A stretch of 64,000 nucleotides of DNA from an uncultured Pseudomonadota bacterium (GTDB lineage: Bacteria > Oederibacteriota > Muellerivitia > Muellerivitales > Muellerivitaceae). The DNA is taken from positions 128,001 through 192,000 of the forward strand of contig CAWJKT010000009.1 in NCBI GenBank assembly GCA_963843375.1, read 5' to 3'. Positions 49,414-60,553 of the stretch are shown piece by piece. The notes under the pieces are model-generated. The model searched no databases, was not told the origin of the DNA, and worked only from the letters and a program-made list of their open reading frames with translations. How positions within the stretch are numbered: the first letter of the stretch is position 1; each line of letters opens with the position of its first letter. A program made the translations under genes and the position numbers.

Positions 49414-50742
49414 ATGAATTTAACGCCAACCCGTATTTTACTGATAGAAGATAATCCCGGAGATGCCCGCCTACTTAAGGAGACTCTCGGGGAACAAAAG
49501 GAACCTCTGTATCTTTTAGAAAGAGCCCCGAACCTTCGTGAGGGCCTGGGACGTCTTAGCAGAGGTAACTTGGACCTCGTTTTGTTAGACCTGTTTCTTC
49601 CCGATTCCTCCGGCGTTTCGACATTAGAGTCGGCTTTGAAAGCCGCAAACCAAGTCCCCATTATCGTTTTGACGGGTCTGAATAATACGGAAACCGCCAT
49701 GAAATCACTCAAAGAGGGAGCCCAGGATTTTCTGGTAAAGGACAATTTAAGCAGGGAAGTTCTCACTCGTTCCATCAGCTATTCCATTGAGCGTTATCGC
49801 CTTCACAAAAAACTACAGGAGGACGAAGAACGGTATTATTTGGTTGCCCAAGGCTCTCATGATGGACTTTGGGATTGGGACCTTCAATCGGATCGGATTT
49901 ACTTCTCCCCGCGTTGGAAACTCATGCTAGGTTACGCCGATGGGGAGATCGGGTGGGATCCAAGTGAATGGCTCAACCGCATCCATCCGGGGGATCTGGA
50001 GAAGGTTAAGCGGGATTTGTCCGACCATCTTTCGGGCAAGTCTTCGCATTTTTCCAACGAGCATCGTCTTCAGCATAAGGATGGCCGTTATCGATGGGTT
50101 TTGGGCAGGGGGCTGGCCATTCATTCCGGTCGGGACATGCCAACCCGTATTGCGGGTTCCTTCACCGATATTACCCGCCATAAGGAAATGGAAAAGAAAC
50201 TGGCCTTGCGCGCCTTTTACGATCCATTAACGGGTCTTCCCAACCGAGCCCTTTTCATGGACTGCCTTGGTCGGGCCTTCGCCCGGCTGGAGAGACATCC
50301 ACATAACATTTTTTCCGTTTTCTTTCTGGACTTAGACCATCTCAAACAAATCAATGACCATATAGGTCACCAAGCCGGGGACGAACTCTTGATCGAGTTC
50401 GCCCGGAGAGTGAAATCCACCGTCAGGCCGAACGACTTGGTGGCACGTATGGCCGGCGATGAATTCACGGTACTTTTGGAAGACATTAAGGATATTCAGG
50501 AAACCAAAGAAGTGGCGGAGCGTATCCTGGAAACGATGCGAATACCCTTCCTATTAGGAGGGCAAGAGGTGGTTTCTACAGTTAGTATTGGTATTGCCTA
50601 TTCCGATTGTGGAAAGGAGGACCCCGATGGTCTTCTGAAAGCCGCAGACTCAGCAATGTATTTGGCCAAGGAAGCAGGCAAAGCCCGCTATGAAGTTTTC
50701 GGCCAACCCAAAAACCCCGGCGAACCGCCCGCAAATTCCTGA
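49414..50742 (+). CDS. REC-PAS-GGDEF diguanylate cyclase (AGDEF variant)
   Basis: REC, GLWDWD PAS, DPLTGLPNR, RPND I-site, RMAGDEF. Confidence 0.92.
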   Translation: MNLTPTRILLIEDNPGDARLLKETLGEQKEPLYLLERAPNLREGLGRLSRGNLDLVLLDLFLPDSSGVSTLESALKAANQVPIIVLTGLNNTETAMKSLKEGAQDFLVKDNLSREVLTRSISYSIERYRLHKKLQEDEERYYLVAQGSHDGLWDWDLQSDRIYFSPRWKLMLGYADGEIGWDPSEWLNRIHPGDLEKVKRDLSDHLSGKSSHFSNEHRLQHKDGRYRWVLGRGLAIHSGRDMPTRIAGSFTDITRHKEMEKKLALRAFYDPLTGLPNRALFMDCLGRAFARLERHPHNIFSVFFLDLDHLKQINDHIGHQAGDELLIEFARRVKSTVRPNDLVARMAGDEFTVLLEDIKDIQETKEVAERILETMRIPFLLGGQEVVSTVSIGIAYSDCGKEDPDGLLKAADSAMYLAKEAGKARYEVFGQPKNPGEPPANS

Positions 50743-51044
50743 AAAATTGCTGTCCAATATTTATTAAGGGGAAGGGCTTCTATAATTTCGTCAAAATCCA
50801 TCAATTGCCTTACTATAACCTTGTTTTGGGAAAATGAATTTTGTTAAAGTCCGAACGATAAAATTTTGATAGACACGGTTATGACACTAGTGCAAAATCA
50901 ATCTCCCTTTGGGAAGGCTGGTTGGAAAAACCTTTTGGATAGTAGGGTTTTTTTACGATTGTTTGCGAGTCTTTTAAAAATGACTGAAACCGCCTAAGGG
51001 CGGCTGGTCAATGTGTTTGAAATGGCTTGTAATAGAGGAAAATG

Positions 51045-51100
51045 GAGCAACGCTTCTTGTAAGCGGTACGTCACCGGTCCGATTTCCGGTCGCTACTCTA
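51045..51100 (+). pseudogene. Degenerate 3' fragment of tRNA-Thr(UGU)
   Basis: GAGCAA..CTTGTAAGCGGT..GTCACCGGTCCGATTTCCGGT resembles the anticodon and T arms; lies just before tRNA-Tyr where thrU normally sits; no 5' acceptor or D arm. Confidence 0.6.
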
Positions 51101-51141
51101 CTTTTCTTTGATAAAAGACTCGGCTTTTCGCGAGGATTAGT

Positions 51142-51229
51142 GGACAGGTGCCCGAGTGGTCAATGGGAGCAGACTGTAAATCTGCCGGCCGTCCGGCCTA
51201 CGAAGGTTCGAATCCTTCCCTGTCCACCA
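51142..51229 (+). tRNA. tRNA-Tyr(GUA)
   Basis: GGACAGG/CCTGTCC acceptor stem, CTGTAAA loop, long variable arm, TTCGAAT, CCA. Confidence 0.97.
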
Positions 51230-51436
51230 TGCAATGCGCCCTGTTCTTCTAGAATTGTTTTAGGGGAGCGGGGCTTACTTTTAGCGGACCATCTTTACTC
51301 TTAGATTGAAAATTGGGATACTTTTAGCTCACGCAAGTTTTCTATAATTAGGGCTAGGGCCTAAAAACAAGAATTGTGTCACCCCCATTACCTTCATCGG
51401 GTTTTGCCCGATATAGAAATAAATGAGGGTGCGGGT

Positions 51437-51511
51437 GCGGGAGTAATTCAGTGGTAGAATGCCACCCTTCCAAGGTGGACGTCGCCGGTTCGAATCCGGT
51501 CTCCCGCTCCA
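51437..51511 (+). tRNA. tRNA-Gly(UCC)
   Basis: GCGGGAG/CTCCCGC stem, CTTCCAA loop, CCA. Confidence 0.97.
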
Positions 51512-51584
51512 TTATTAATGTTGAGGGATTGAAGCTAAACCTTCCTTAACTTGTTTCCCTTGCTAATTGATTGGAATTTGAATC

Positions 51585-53390
51585 ATGAAAGATACCTTTA
51601 CAACAAGTAATCCATCGGAAGCCATTCCCGGGAATCCTAATCCCGTTACGGAAATGAATGCCTTCATGGATGACCGAGTTATCCTTTATGGCCGACCCGG
51701 TTTATGCCGTACCCCTGAGGAACTTCTTTCGAGCGATGGCTTCCAGAATGTCTTAAAACATTTTCTTAAAAAAATGATTGTCCAGGATTCGCCTATATTG
51801 AACTGTATCCTTCCTTTCAAAACGGGTGAGGATTATGACGCGCCTAAATTAGCCAGTTTCTTAAAGGAACTTTTAACCAAGGATGTGCATGAAACTTTTT
51901 TCGCGACGACTGATCTAGTGCTTTTAAAAGATTTTGTAGAGGAACTTTATGCTTATTGGCGCCGCCGGGAGCGATTCGTAATTTTCGACCGGGACGTAGA
52001 GGATGGAGGGATTGACCTAAAGGAATATCATCAAATCTTTGTCCGGGCCAATGAGGAGTTTAAAAGTCTAGTGCTGGGTACATACCGGCATATTTCGGCT
52101 CATGTGACAGGGGATTGGTTCAAGGTTTATCGGCAATTGCCAGCGGGGGTTGGGGTTGGGTTTTTAGCTGAAAAGATCAACTGGAAATTTCCCTCGGACA
52201 TTTACCAAAAACTTAAAAACATCCCTTTCATTCGCTTGTCGCTCATTTATCCTCCGCTCATTTATTACACGAAGAGCAACAAGCGACAAGGTAAATTCAA
52301 CCCCTTAGCCAAGAACCCGATGGATTCGGTCAAGCTTGATTCTTCCCGATGGCTTTGTTTCCCGGCTAAAATCGGAACCCTTATTATCTATATTTATTTC
52401 CATAAAGATTTCATTTCGCATGCAGCCGGTCTTTCAAATCTCTTTGAACTTGCCAGCGCACAGGAAATCGCAAACCATAAACCCGATGGAGTGATGTTGT
52501 TCGGCGTGGATCCGTCTTTGATGGAGAACCAGTTGGTGGGTTATTACGAAGACACTGCCAGCGGAGTTTTGGTGGGCGCGGTGGCCTTTCAAATCCCAGA
52601 CGTGGATTATTTCGGATATTTCAAAAAAACCGCCTTGACCATTCACAATCTCATTATGATCGAGAAGGAAAACCTTCCGATTCATGGCGCAATGGCCAAG
52701 ATTGATTTGAAATCGGGTAAAAGCGCCCATGTGGTGATCGTGGGTGATTCCGGCGCAGGAAAGTCCGAATCCTTGGAAGCTTTTCGAGTTTTAGCGGATA
52801 AATACATCCGCCAGTTGACGGTTATTTTTGACGACATGGGTTCCTTAAGTATTAATCCGGACGGGCAAGTTGTCGGCCGAGGTACCGAGGTGGGCGCTTT
52901 TGTTCGGCTGGATGATTTACATCCCGGGTATGCCTACACGGAAATTGACCGGTCGGTTTTCATGAATCCCCATTTAAATAATGCCCGGTTGGTTATGCCG
53001 ATTACCGAATACCGTCATGTGGTTGCCGGTTACCCGGTTGACCTATTTTTGTACGCGAACAATTATGACAATGTGGATGAGGAACATCCTCACCTGCAAA
53101 TGATGACGGATGAATCTGCTGCCTATGAAGTCTTCGCGAATGGGGCTCGTTTGGCCAAGGGGACGACCGATGAAAAAGGACTAGTTCACACCTATTTTGC
53201 TAATCCTTTCGGTGCTCCACAAAAGAAAGATAAACACGAACCTTTGGCCAAAAAATTCTTGAATCAATTGATCAAAAACGGCAAGAAAGTCGGCCAATTG
53301 CGCACTCGTTTGGGGATATCCGGTTATGAAACAAAAGGGCCCGAGGAAGCCGCCCAATCCCTTTTCCAATACATCACAAAAAATCTTTAA
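51585..53390 (+). CDS. Phosphoenolpyruvate carboxykinase-like protein
   Basis: YFGYFKK, PIHGAM, GDSGAGKSE P-loop, IFDD, FANPFG. Confidence 0.75.
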   Translation: MKDTFTTSNPSEAIPGNPNPVTEMNAFMDDRVILYGRPGLCRTPEELLSSDGFQNVLKHFLKKMIVQDSPILNCILPFKTGEDYDAPKLASFLKELLTKDVHETFFATTDLVLLKDFVEELYAYWRRRERFVIFDRDVEDGGIDLKEYHQIFVRANEEFKSLVLGTYRHISAHVTGDWFKVYRQLPAGVGVGFLAEKINWKFPSDIYQKLKNIPFIRLSLIYPPLIYYTKSNKRQGKFNPLAKNPMDSVKLDSSRWLCFPAKIGTLIIYIYFHKDFISHAAGLSNLFELASAQEIANHKPDGVMLFGVDPSLMENQLVGYYEDTASGVLVGAVAFQIPDVDYFGYFKKTALTIHNLIMIEKENLPIHGAMAKIDLKSGKSAHVVIVGDSGAGKSESLEAFRVLADKYIRQLTVIFDDMGSLSINPDGQVVGRGTEVGAFVRLDDLHPGYAYTEIDRSVFMNPHLNNARLVMPITEYRHVVAGYPVDLFLYANNYDNVDEEHPHLQMMTDESAAYEVFANGARLAKGTTDEKGLVHTYFANPFGAPQKKDKHEPLAKKFLNQLIKNGKKVGQLRTRLGISGYETKGPEEAAQSLFQYITKNL

Positions 53391-53494
53391 AATTAACTTA
53401 ATCATAAGCTGATGCTAATCATAAAGATCTCGGCCCGGGTTGACTAGGCTTCGGTCATGAAAAAGTCCGTAAATTTCATATTGGGAGGTGGGTT

Positions 53495-54899
53495 TTGAGT
53501 TTTCGTATTGAACATGATTCCATTGGCGAGTTGAAGGTGCCTGAAGAGGCTTTGTGGGGCGTTCAGGCCGAAAGGGCGGTCCAGAATTTTCCCATCAGCG
53601 GTATTAAACCTCACAAAGTTTTCATCCAAGCGACTGTTCATATAAAGAAAGCCGCCGCTAGGTTTCACGCCGCGGTTGGGATGCTTGACAAGAAAAAGGC
53701 TGAGGCTATTGTCGCGGCTTCTGATGAAATTTTAAAACAAGAAAAATGGCTGGACCATTTTGTGGTGGATGTATACCAAGCCGGCGCCGGAACCAGCCAC
53801 AACATGAACACGAATGAGGTTTTAGCCAACCGGGCTATCGAATTATTGGGGGGCAAAAGGGGAGACTATAAGCTTGTCCACCCGAATGATATGGTCAACA
53901 TGGGGCAATCCACCAATGATGTGATACCCACGGCCATTCGCCTTTCGGGGCTCCTGTTAACGAGGGATTTTCTTCCCGTTCTCAAGAAATTAGCCTCCAC
54001 TTTTCGCAATAAAGGAAAGGAATTCAAAAAGGTCTTTAAATCGGGCCGCACCCATTTGCAAGATGCGGCGCTGATGACGTTGGGTCAGGAATTTAACGCT
54101 TATGCTGAAAATATGGAGAGGCATTGCCTTCGAATCGAGAGAGCCTCTGGGGATTTAACCGAACTGGGTATCGGTGGTTCGGCGGTGGGTACCGGGCTCA
54201 ATACCCACAAAGATTATTGCAAGGAAATGGCGTCGCTGCTTTCTGAACAAACGGGATTGAAACTAACCCCTCATCCGAATCTTTTTGAAGCGATGCAAAC
54301 TATGTCGCCATTTGTTTCCCTTTCTAATGCTTATCGGAACTTGGCTTTGGATTTGACCCGCATCGCCAATGATTTCCGTTTAATGACGAGCGGTCCAGCT
54401 ACCGGGTTTGGAGAAATACTTTTGCCGGTCATGCAACCTGGATCATCAATCATGCCCGGAAAAGTTAATCCCGTCATGGCCGAGTGCCTCAATATGGTTT
54501 GTTATCAGGTGTTGGGCCACGATACGACGGTTGCTTTTGCCGCCCAGGCGGGCCAGATGGAATTGAATGTGATGATGCCCGTTTTGGCTTATAACCTGAA
54601 CCAGGAAATCACGCTCTTGACTAATATGCTTAAGGCTTTTGAAGAAAAATGCGTTTCGGGTGTGAAAGCCGAAGAGGCCCGGTGCCGCTATTACGCGGAT
54701 CAAAGTACCCAGGTGGCCACGGCTTTGAATCCTGTCATCGGGTACGAGAAAGCGGCGGAAGTGGTGAAGGCAGCATTGAAAGAAGGCAAAGACTGTTCGT
54801 CAGGTTGTCTTGGAGAAGAAATTATTGACCGAGGAAAAATACAATCAGGCGGTACAGCTGGAAAAAATAGTCGATCCTCATGGGCGGGACGGGGTATGA
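53495..54899 (+). CDS. aspA: Aspartate ammonia-lyase / class II fumarase family (frameshift near 54790)
   Basis: QAGAGTSHNMNTNEV (aspartase-type), GRTHLQDA, GSSIMPGKVNP; C-terminus KTVRQVVLEK continues in the shifted frame. Confidence 0.8.
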
Positions 54900-54981
54900 C
54901 GGAATGTTTTGATTGTGACGCATTCGGGGGCTTGGTTTGTTTGAGAGTGAGGAAAATGGCCTTAAATATAGCCATTTCTCC

Positions 54982-55009
54982 TTGACAGGCGACCTTTCAA
55001 ACGTACAAT
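54982..55009 (+). promoter_or_regulatory. Sigma70 promoter for tRNA-Thr-tuf
   Basis: TTGACA-16 bp-TACAAT upstream of tRNA-Thr. Confidence 0.75.
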
Positions 55010-55031
55010 ACCTTACTCTTGCATGACCCCC

Positions 55032-55107
<76 letters not shown>

Positions 55108-55154
55108 TCGTTGCATGGTAACCCAAAGTTTTAATTATTTTGGAGGAGCAGAAG

Positions 55155-56346
55155 ATGTCAAAAGAGAAATTCGTACGGAACAAGCCGCACGTGAATATCG
55201 GGACGATTGGTCACGTCGACCACGGAAAGACGACGCTGACGGCTGCGATCACGACGGTATTGGCGAAAAAAGGTTGGGCGACGGCGAAGGGATACGCGGA
55301 CATCGATAACGCCCCGGAAGAAAGGGAGCGCGGGGTTACGATTAATACCTCCCACGTGGAGTACCAGACCGAGAAAAGACATTATGCCCATGTGGACTGC
55401 CCGGGTCACGCGGACTATATCAAGAACATGGTGACGGGAGCGGCCCAGATGGACGGGGCGATTCTGGTGGTTTCGGCCGCCGACGGCCCGATGCCTCAGA
55501 CGCGGGAACATATTTTGTTGGCCCGCCAGGTCGGGGTGCCATTTATCGTTGTTTTTCTGAACAAGTGCGACATGGTGGACGATAAGGAATTGTTGGAATT
55601 GGTCGAAGTGGAAGTGCGTGATCTGCTGACCAAGTACGGTTTTCCCGGGGACAAGACGCCGGTCATCAAGGGTTCGGCGACGAAGGCCTTGGAAGGGGAT
55701 GCCGGGGAGCTTGGGGAACAAGCGATATTCAAGTTGATGGATGCGGTTGATAGCTATATTCCCGAGCCGAAGCGGGACGTGGATAAGGACTTCTTGATGG
55801 CGGTTGAAGACGTGTTCCTGATCACGGGGCGTGGAACGGTAGCGACGGGAAGAGTCGAAAGAGGCCGGGTAAAGGTTGGAGAAGCGGTGGAAATAGTGGG
55901 GATCAAGCCGACGAAGGACACGGTGGTGACCGGGCGTGGAAATGTTCCGCAAATTGCTGGATGAAGCCCAAGCGGGAGACAATATCGGAGTGCTCTTAAG
56001 AGGCGTGGAAAAGAAGGATATTGAGCGAGGGCAGGTATTGGCCAAGCCCAAGAGCATCCTGCCGCACGCGAAGTTCAAGGGAGAAGTCTACGTGTTGACG
56101 AAAGAGGAAGGCGGACGCCATACGCCGTTTTTCAACGGATATAAGCCGCAGTTTTTCTTCCGGACGACGGACGTGACGGGGTCGGTGAAGTTACCGCAAG
56201 GGGTGGAGATGTGCATGCCGGGGGACAACATCACGATGGACATCGAGTTGATCGTGCCGGTGGCGATGGAAAAAGAGCTGAGGTTCGCGATCCGGGAAGG
56301 CGGCCACACGGTGGGCGCCGGTGTCGTAACCCAGATCGTTGAATAA
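55155..56346 (+). CDS. tuf: Elongation factor Tu (apparent +1 frameshift near 55933)
   Basis: [34 protein letters not shown] split over two ORFs. Confidence 0.97.
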
Positions 56347-56369
56347 AGAAATCGAAGGAATAGACACTC

Positions 56370-56519
56370 ATGCGTGAGCAAATTACATTGGCTTGTTCGG
56401 ACTGTAAACGCCGCAATTATCATAAGACGCGGGACAAAAGGAAAACTCCGGATAAGTTAGAGGTTAAGAAATATTGCCGGTGGTGCCGCAAGCACACGTT
56501 GCATAAGGAAACCAAATAA
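56370..56519 (+). CDS. rpmG: 50S ribosomal protein L33 (Zn-binding C+ form)
   Basis: [34 protein letters not shown], 49 aa. Confidence 0.95.
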   Translation: MREQITLACSDCKRRNYHKTRDKRKTPDKLEVKKYCRWCRKHTLHKETK

Positions 56520-56532
56520 ACCGAAATTTCTT

Positions 56533-56608
56533 AGGGCAGTAGCTCTAATGGTAGAGCGGCGGTCTCCAAAACCGCGCGTTGAAGGTTCGAATCCTTCCTG
56601 CCCTGCCA
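56533..56608 (+). tRNA. tRNA-Trp(CCA)
   Basis: AGGGCAG/CTGCCCT stem, CTCCAAA loop, CCA. Confidence 0.97.
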
Positions 56609-56689
56609 GCTATGTCAAATCATCAGGCAAGCAGATGCCACTGGAGTCCTGCCATCCGGATGAAGGAACCAACGGTCAAAAGGTGAGGA

Positions 56690-56878
56690 ATGTTCGAGAA
56701 CTTAAAGGTTTTTTTCGCGGAAGCGAAGTCGGAATTTAAAAAAATCTCTTGGCCCAATTGGGAGGAGATCAAGGGTTCGACCGCTGTAGTCTGCGTCACT
56801 ATTATTTTTTTAATGATGGTTTTGGCGATTTATGATTTTGGCGTTAGCAGCCTGATGGGATTAGTAGTCAAACAATAA
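56690..56878 (+). CDS. secE: Preprotein translocase SecE
   Basis: EFKKISWP motif plus one TM; conserved position. Confidence 0.93.
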   Translation: MFENLKVFFAEAKSEFKKISWPNWEEIKGSTAVVCVTIIFLMMVLAIYDFGVSSLMGLVVKQ

Positions 56879-56896
56879 AGAGAGGTAGTCTTGCAA

Positions 56897-57429
56897 ATGT
56901 CCAAGCGCTGGTACGTGATCAATACTTATTCCGGATACGAAGCCAAGGTAAAAACAAACCTGGAAAACCGGATTAAGAGCATGAAAATGGAAGACAAGAT
57001 TTTCCAGATCCTGATCCCCTCGGAGGAAGTCACCGAGACCCGTGCTGGCAAGAAGCGCATTACGAATAAAAAATTCTTCCCTGGTTATATCCTTGGTGGA
57101 AATGGATATGGACGAGAATTCCTGGTCGGTGGTTCGCAATACCCCCAAGGTCACCAGTTTCGTGGGGTCGGGCAATAAGCCCATTCCGCTTCCGGACGAG
57201 GAAGTGACGGCAATTCTTGAACATATTGGCAAACGCCGTGAGCGCAGGGCCTTGAAGAGCCAGTTTGATAAAGGTGATTTGGTGAAGGTGATGGATGGGC
57301 CATTTCGCGAATTTCTCTGGTTCGGTTGAGGAAATCAATCCGGAGCGCGAAAGGGTGAAGGTCATGGTGACCATCTTCGGCCGGCAGACGCCGGTGGAAT
57401 TGGAATTCCACCAAATCGAAAAAGAATAG
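56897..57429 (+). CDS. nusG: Transcription factor NusG (two apparent frameshifts)
   Basis: [42 protein letters not shown] across three frames. Confidence 0.93.
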
Positions 57430-57469
57430 CTTGCTTTTAGGAAGCGAGTAGAAGGAATAAGGAAAAGTC

Positions 57470-57895
57470 ATGGCAAAAGAATTAAACGCGATGGTGAAGC
57501 TTCAAATACCAGCCGGCAAGGCGAATCCGGCCCCGCCGGTGGGACCGGCTTTAGGCCAGCACGGTGTCAATATCATGGAGTTCTGCAAGCAATTCAACGC
57601 GGCAACCCAAAAACAGGATGGTCTGATCATTCCGGTGGTCATTTCCATTTATAAAGACCGCTCCTTTACTTTTATTACCAAGACACCCCCGGCTTCAGTT
57701 CTCTTGTTGAAAGCAGCGGGTTTGGCCAAGGGTTCACCGGTTCCCAATAAGCAAAAAGTCGCCAAGGTGACGTTGAAACAGGTTGAGGAAATCGCCAAGA
57801 CTAAAATGCCGGATTTAAACGCCCAAAAGCTGGATTCCGCCATGCGAATGGTGGAAGGTACGGCTCGCAGCATGGGAATCGAAATTCAAAGGTAA
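57470..57895 (+). CDS. rplK: 50S ribosomal protein L11
   Basis: [18 protein letters not shown]. Confidence 0.98.
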   Translation: MAKELNAMVKLQIPAGKANPAPPVGPALGQHGVNIMEFCKQFNAATQKQDGLIIPVVISIYKDRSFTFITKTPPASVLLLKAAGLAKGSPVPNKQKVAKVTLKQVEEIAKTKMPDLNAQKLDSAMRMVEGTARSMGIEIQR

Positions 57896-57927
57896 CCTCC
57901 GGGTTTCTTTTGGTTTCAAAAAATAAC

Positions 57928-57968
57928 TGTGGGAGCTTCATCGAAATGGTGGGGCGTTTGAACCACGG
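57928..57968 (+). promoter_or_regulatory. Putative L1-binding leader between rplK and rplA
   Basis: GTGGGAG...GAACCAC stem immediately before the rplA RBS. Confidence 0.55.
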
Positions 57969-57977
57969 GAGGAAAAT

Positions 57978-58688
57978 ATGGCTAAGAAGGCTAGCAAAAG
58001 GCATCGCAAAAACGCTGAGTTGGTGGATAAAACCAAGTCCTATGCCCTGACCGAGGCGGTTGGAATTCTTAAAAAAGCGGCACCCGCCAAGTTTAATGAG
58101 ACGGTCGAGCTTCATATCAAGCTCGGAGTGGATCCCAAAAAGGCCGACCAACAGGTTCGCGGTACGGTTTCTCTCCCGCATGGTACGGGCAAAACCCTCA
58201 AAGTCGCGGTTTTGGCCAAGGGCGAAAAAATAAAAGAAGCCGAAGCCGCCGGGGCTGATTTCGCAGGCGACACCGATTTGATTGAGAAGATCGCCGGTGG
58301 ATTCCTGGATTTCGACGTCCTGGTTGCGACCCCCGATATCATGCGTGAAACCGGTAAATTGGGTAAGGTGCTTGGCCCCAAAGGTTTGATGCCTAATCCC
58401 AAGGCCGGAACGGTAACCCCCAACGTGGCCCAAGCGGTAAAGGAAATCAAAGCCGGTAAGATCGAATACCGCGTGGACGACCAAGGCATCTGCCACGCAG
58501 GGGTAGGCAAGATCAAATTCGAAGAGAAACAGATTCTTGAAAACGCCCAGGCCTTGATCAAGACCCTGGTGTCAGTAAAACCCGCCTCGGCTAAGGGAAC
58601 TTATTTGATTTCGGCCCATTTGACGTCAAGCATGGGCCCCGGAATCAAGGTGGACACGGGGGAGTTTACAAAAACCGTCGCCAAGTGA
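57978..58688 (+). CDS. rplA: 50S ribosomal protein L1
   Basis: [30 protein letters not shown]. Confidence 0.98.
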   Translation: MAKKASKRHRKNAELVDKTKSYALTEAVGILKKAAPAKFNETVELHIKLGVDPKKADQQVRGTVSLPHGTGKTLKVAVLAKGEKIKEAEAAGADFAGDTDLIEKIAGGFLDFDVLVATPDIMRETGKLGKVLGPKGLMPNPKAGTVTPNVAQAVKEIKAGKIEYRVDDQGICHAGVGKIKFEEKQILENAQALIKTLVSVKPASAKGTYLISAHLTSSMGPGIKVDTGEFTKTVAK

Positions 58689-58742
58689 TATTATTCAAAG
58701 CTCCCCGGCCTTCGGGTTGGGGCGTTTAAGAATGTAAAGATT

Positions 58743-58861
58743 GTCAAAGACAGCAGGTGTTCCGAAAGGGACTTAATGCAAGCCTGCCGAGACGAATCGG
58801 AAGATTAAGAGTATTCCAATACCCTTCATCCGGTCGTTTCGGATGAGGGGTTTTTCTTTTT
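58743..58861 (+). promoter_or_regulatory. L10 leader with downstream attenuator hairpin
   Basis: AAAGACAGCAGG..TTAA..CCTGCCGAG pattern, then hairpin CTTCATCCGG/TCGGATGAGG plus T run before rplJ. Confidence 0.7.
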
Positions 58862-58946
58862 GAGGCCAAAGGTTCGATAGAACGAATCCGGCTCAAAATT
58901 CCCTTATCCCTAGTTTGAAAATTGATTCGAGAAGGTGGTGATTTTT

Positions 58947-59493
58947 TTGACAGAACACAAAAAGCGCGAACCGAAAGCGGAAAAGGTCCAGGTGGTGGAG
59001 GATTTCACCAAAAGGGTTCAATCGGCCAAATCGGCTGTCATCACGGGTTACACCGGGTTGACGGTAGAGGAAGTCACGGACTTGCGCGCCAAGCTTTTTC
59101 ACGCCAAGGTTGAATACCATGTGGTGAAGAACAACTTGGCCCGTATCGCCTTGAACAAGTGCAATATCACGGTTCTCGACGATCTTTTGACCGGCCCCAC
59201 GGCCATCGCTTTAGCGATGGAGGACGCAGTGGCTCCGGCACGAGTTCTTTCCAAGTTCGCCAAGGACCACGATAAGTTGTCCGTCAAGGGCGGATGGATG
59301 GAAGGGACGCAAGATCACCGTTCAGGACATCAAGGCCTTGGCGAATTTGCCGAGCCGCGAGGTACTGCTGGCGAAAGCCTTGGGCAGCATGAAGTCGCCT
59401 ATTTCCGGCATCGTTCAGGTTTTGGCTGGTCCGGCTCGCAAACTGGTTTATGCCCTCAATGCCGTCGCTCAGGCGAAGGGAAAAACAGCTTAA
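58947..59493 (+). CDS. rplJ: 50S ribosomal protein L10 (apparent frameshift near 59307)
   Basis: [34 protein letters not shown] in the shifted frame. Confidence 0.93.
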
Positions 59494-59560
59494 TTCTATT
59501 AACCTTCTTCGGCCTTTGTGGCCGGATACAAGAAAATTAAAATATTGGAGGAAGTTTCAA

Positions 59561-59941
59561 ATGCCTACTTTAACAAAAGATGAGTTTATCGCCGCGATAG
59601 AGCAAATGAGCGTTCTGGACTTGAACGAACTCGTGAAGGCTCTCGAGACCAAGTTTGGCGTATCGGCTGCTGCCCCCGTGGCGGTCGCCGCCGGAGGCGG
59701 AGCCGCTGCCGCCGCTGCCGAGGAAAAGACCTCGTTTGACGTGAATTTGAAGACGGTCGATGCCGCCAAGAAAATCAACGTCATCAAGGTCGTCCGCGAA
59801 GTCACAGGATTGGGCTTGAAGGAAGCAAAGGATCTGGTGGACGGGGCCCCGAAGCCCATCAAGACTGGCATTTCCAAGGCCGAGGCCGATGGAATCGTTG
59901 CCAAGTTCAAGGATTCCGGCGCCGAAGTCGAAATCAAGTAA
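59561..59941 (+). CDS. rplL: 50S ribosomal protein L7/L12
   Basis: [32 protein letters not shown]. Confidence 0.98.
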   Translation: MPTLTKDEFIAAIEQMSVLDLNELVKALETKFGVSAAAPVAVAAGGGAAAAAAEEKTSFDVNLKTVDAAKKINVIKVVREVTGLGLKEAKDLVDGAPKPIKTGISKAEADGIVAKFKDSGAEVEIK

Positions 59942-59951
59942 GCGGGTTTCC

Positions 59952-60002
59952 AAAGCCTCCTGCGGCGCGTTTCTTAAGTGCCACGGGAGGCTTTTTTGTT
60001 TT
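59952..60002 (+). terminator. Intrinsic terminator after rplL
   Basis: AAAGCCTCC...GGAGGCTTTTTT. Confidence 0.7.
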
Positions 60003-60060
60003 GTGGACTTGTTAAAAAAGGTAACATAGGCCACCCTTACCAAAACAGGGAGGTAAACTC

Positions 60061-60553
60061 GTGGAAAATGCTCTTATTGAACAAATCCGGAAAAATTTCG
60101 AATACGATTACTGGGCTAATGACCAATACATAAAGGCTCTTTTGGAAATGTCCCAGCCGCCTGAAAAGGCCGTAAAAATTTTCGCTCATATCTTATTTGC
60201 GTTGGATGTTTGGCTTGCCCGCTTGATGAAGGAGGATCTTTCCCAATACAAGGATCCCACTCCCCCCTATTCCCTCCTTGAGAGTCGGAAAAAATTGGAC
60301 GATCTTCATGAAAAATGGAAAAGGTATTTGGCTATCTTTAACGCCGGAGGAGATGACAGAGAAGTTCACCGCCCCCAACACCCAGGGAAAACTTTCCGAG
60401 CACATGGTTCAAAACGTTCTATTTCAGGTAGTTCACCCATTCCCACTATCATCGTGGCCAATTGGCGCCCCTCGTGCACCAGGCGGGGGCAAACGCCCCG
60501 GGACCGATTACATCGGTTATGCCTATGCGATAGGTGAGTCCAAATTAGTATGA
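60061..60553 (+). CDS. DinB-family protein (frameshifted)
   Basis: FEYDYWAN, HILFALDVWLAR and HSHYHRGQL in different frames. Confidence 0.75.

Noticed and set aside
55925..55945. Programmed frameshift in tuf
   Set aside because: Single extra G in a short run, with many similar errors in neighbouring genes; no slippery-site context.
55158..56078. Long antisense ORFs (also 13140-13958, 41622-42375, 57801-58496)
   Set aside because: Shadows of strongly coded sense genes; no motifs or RBS.
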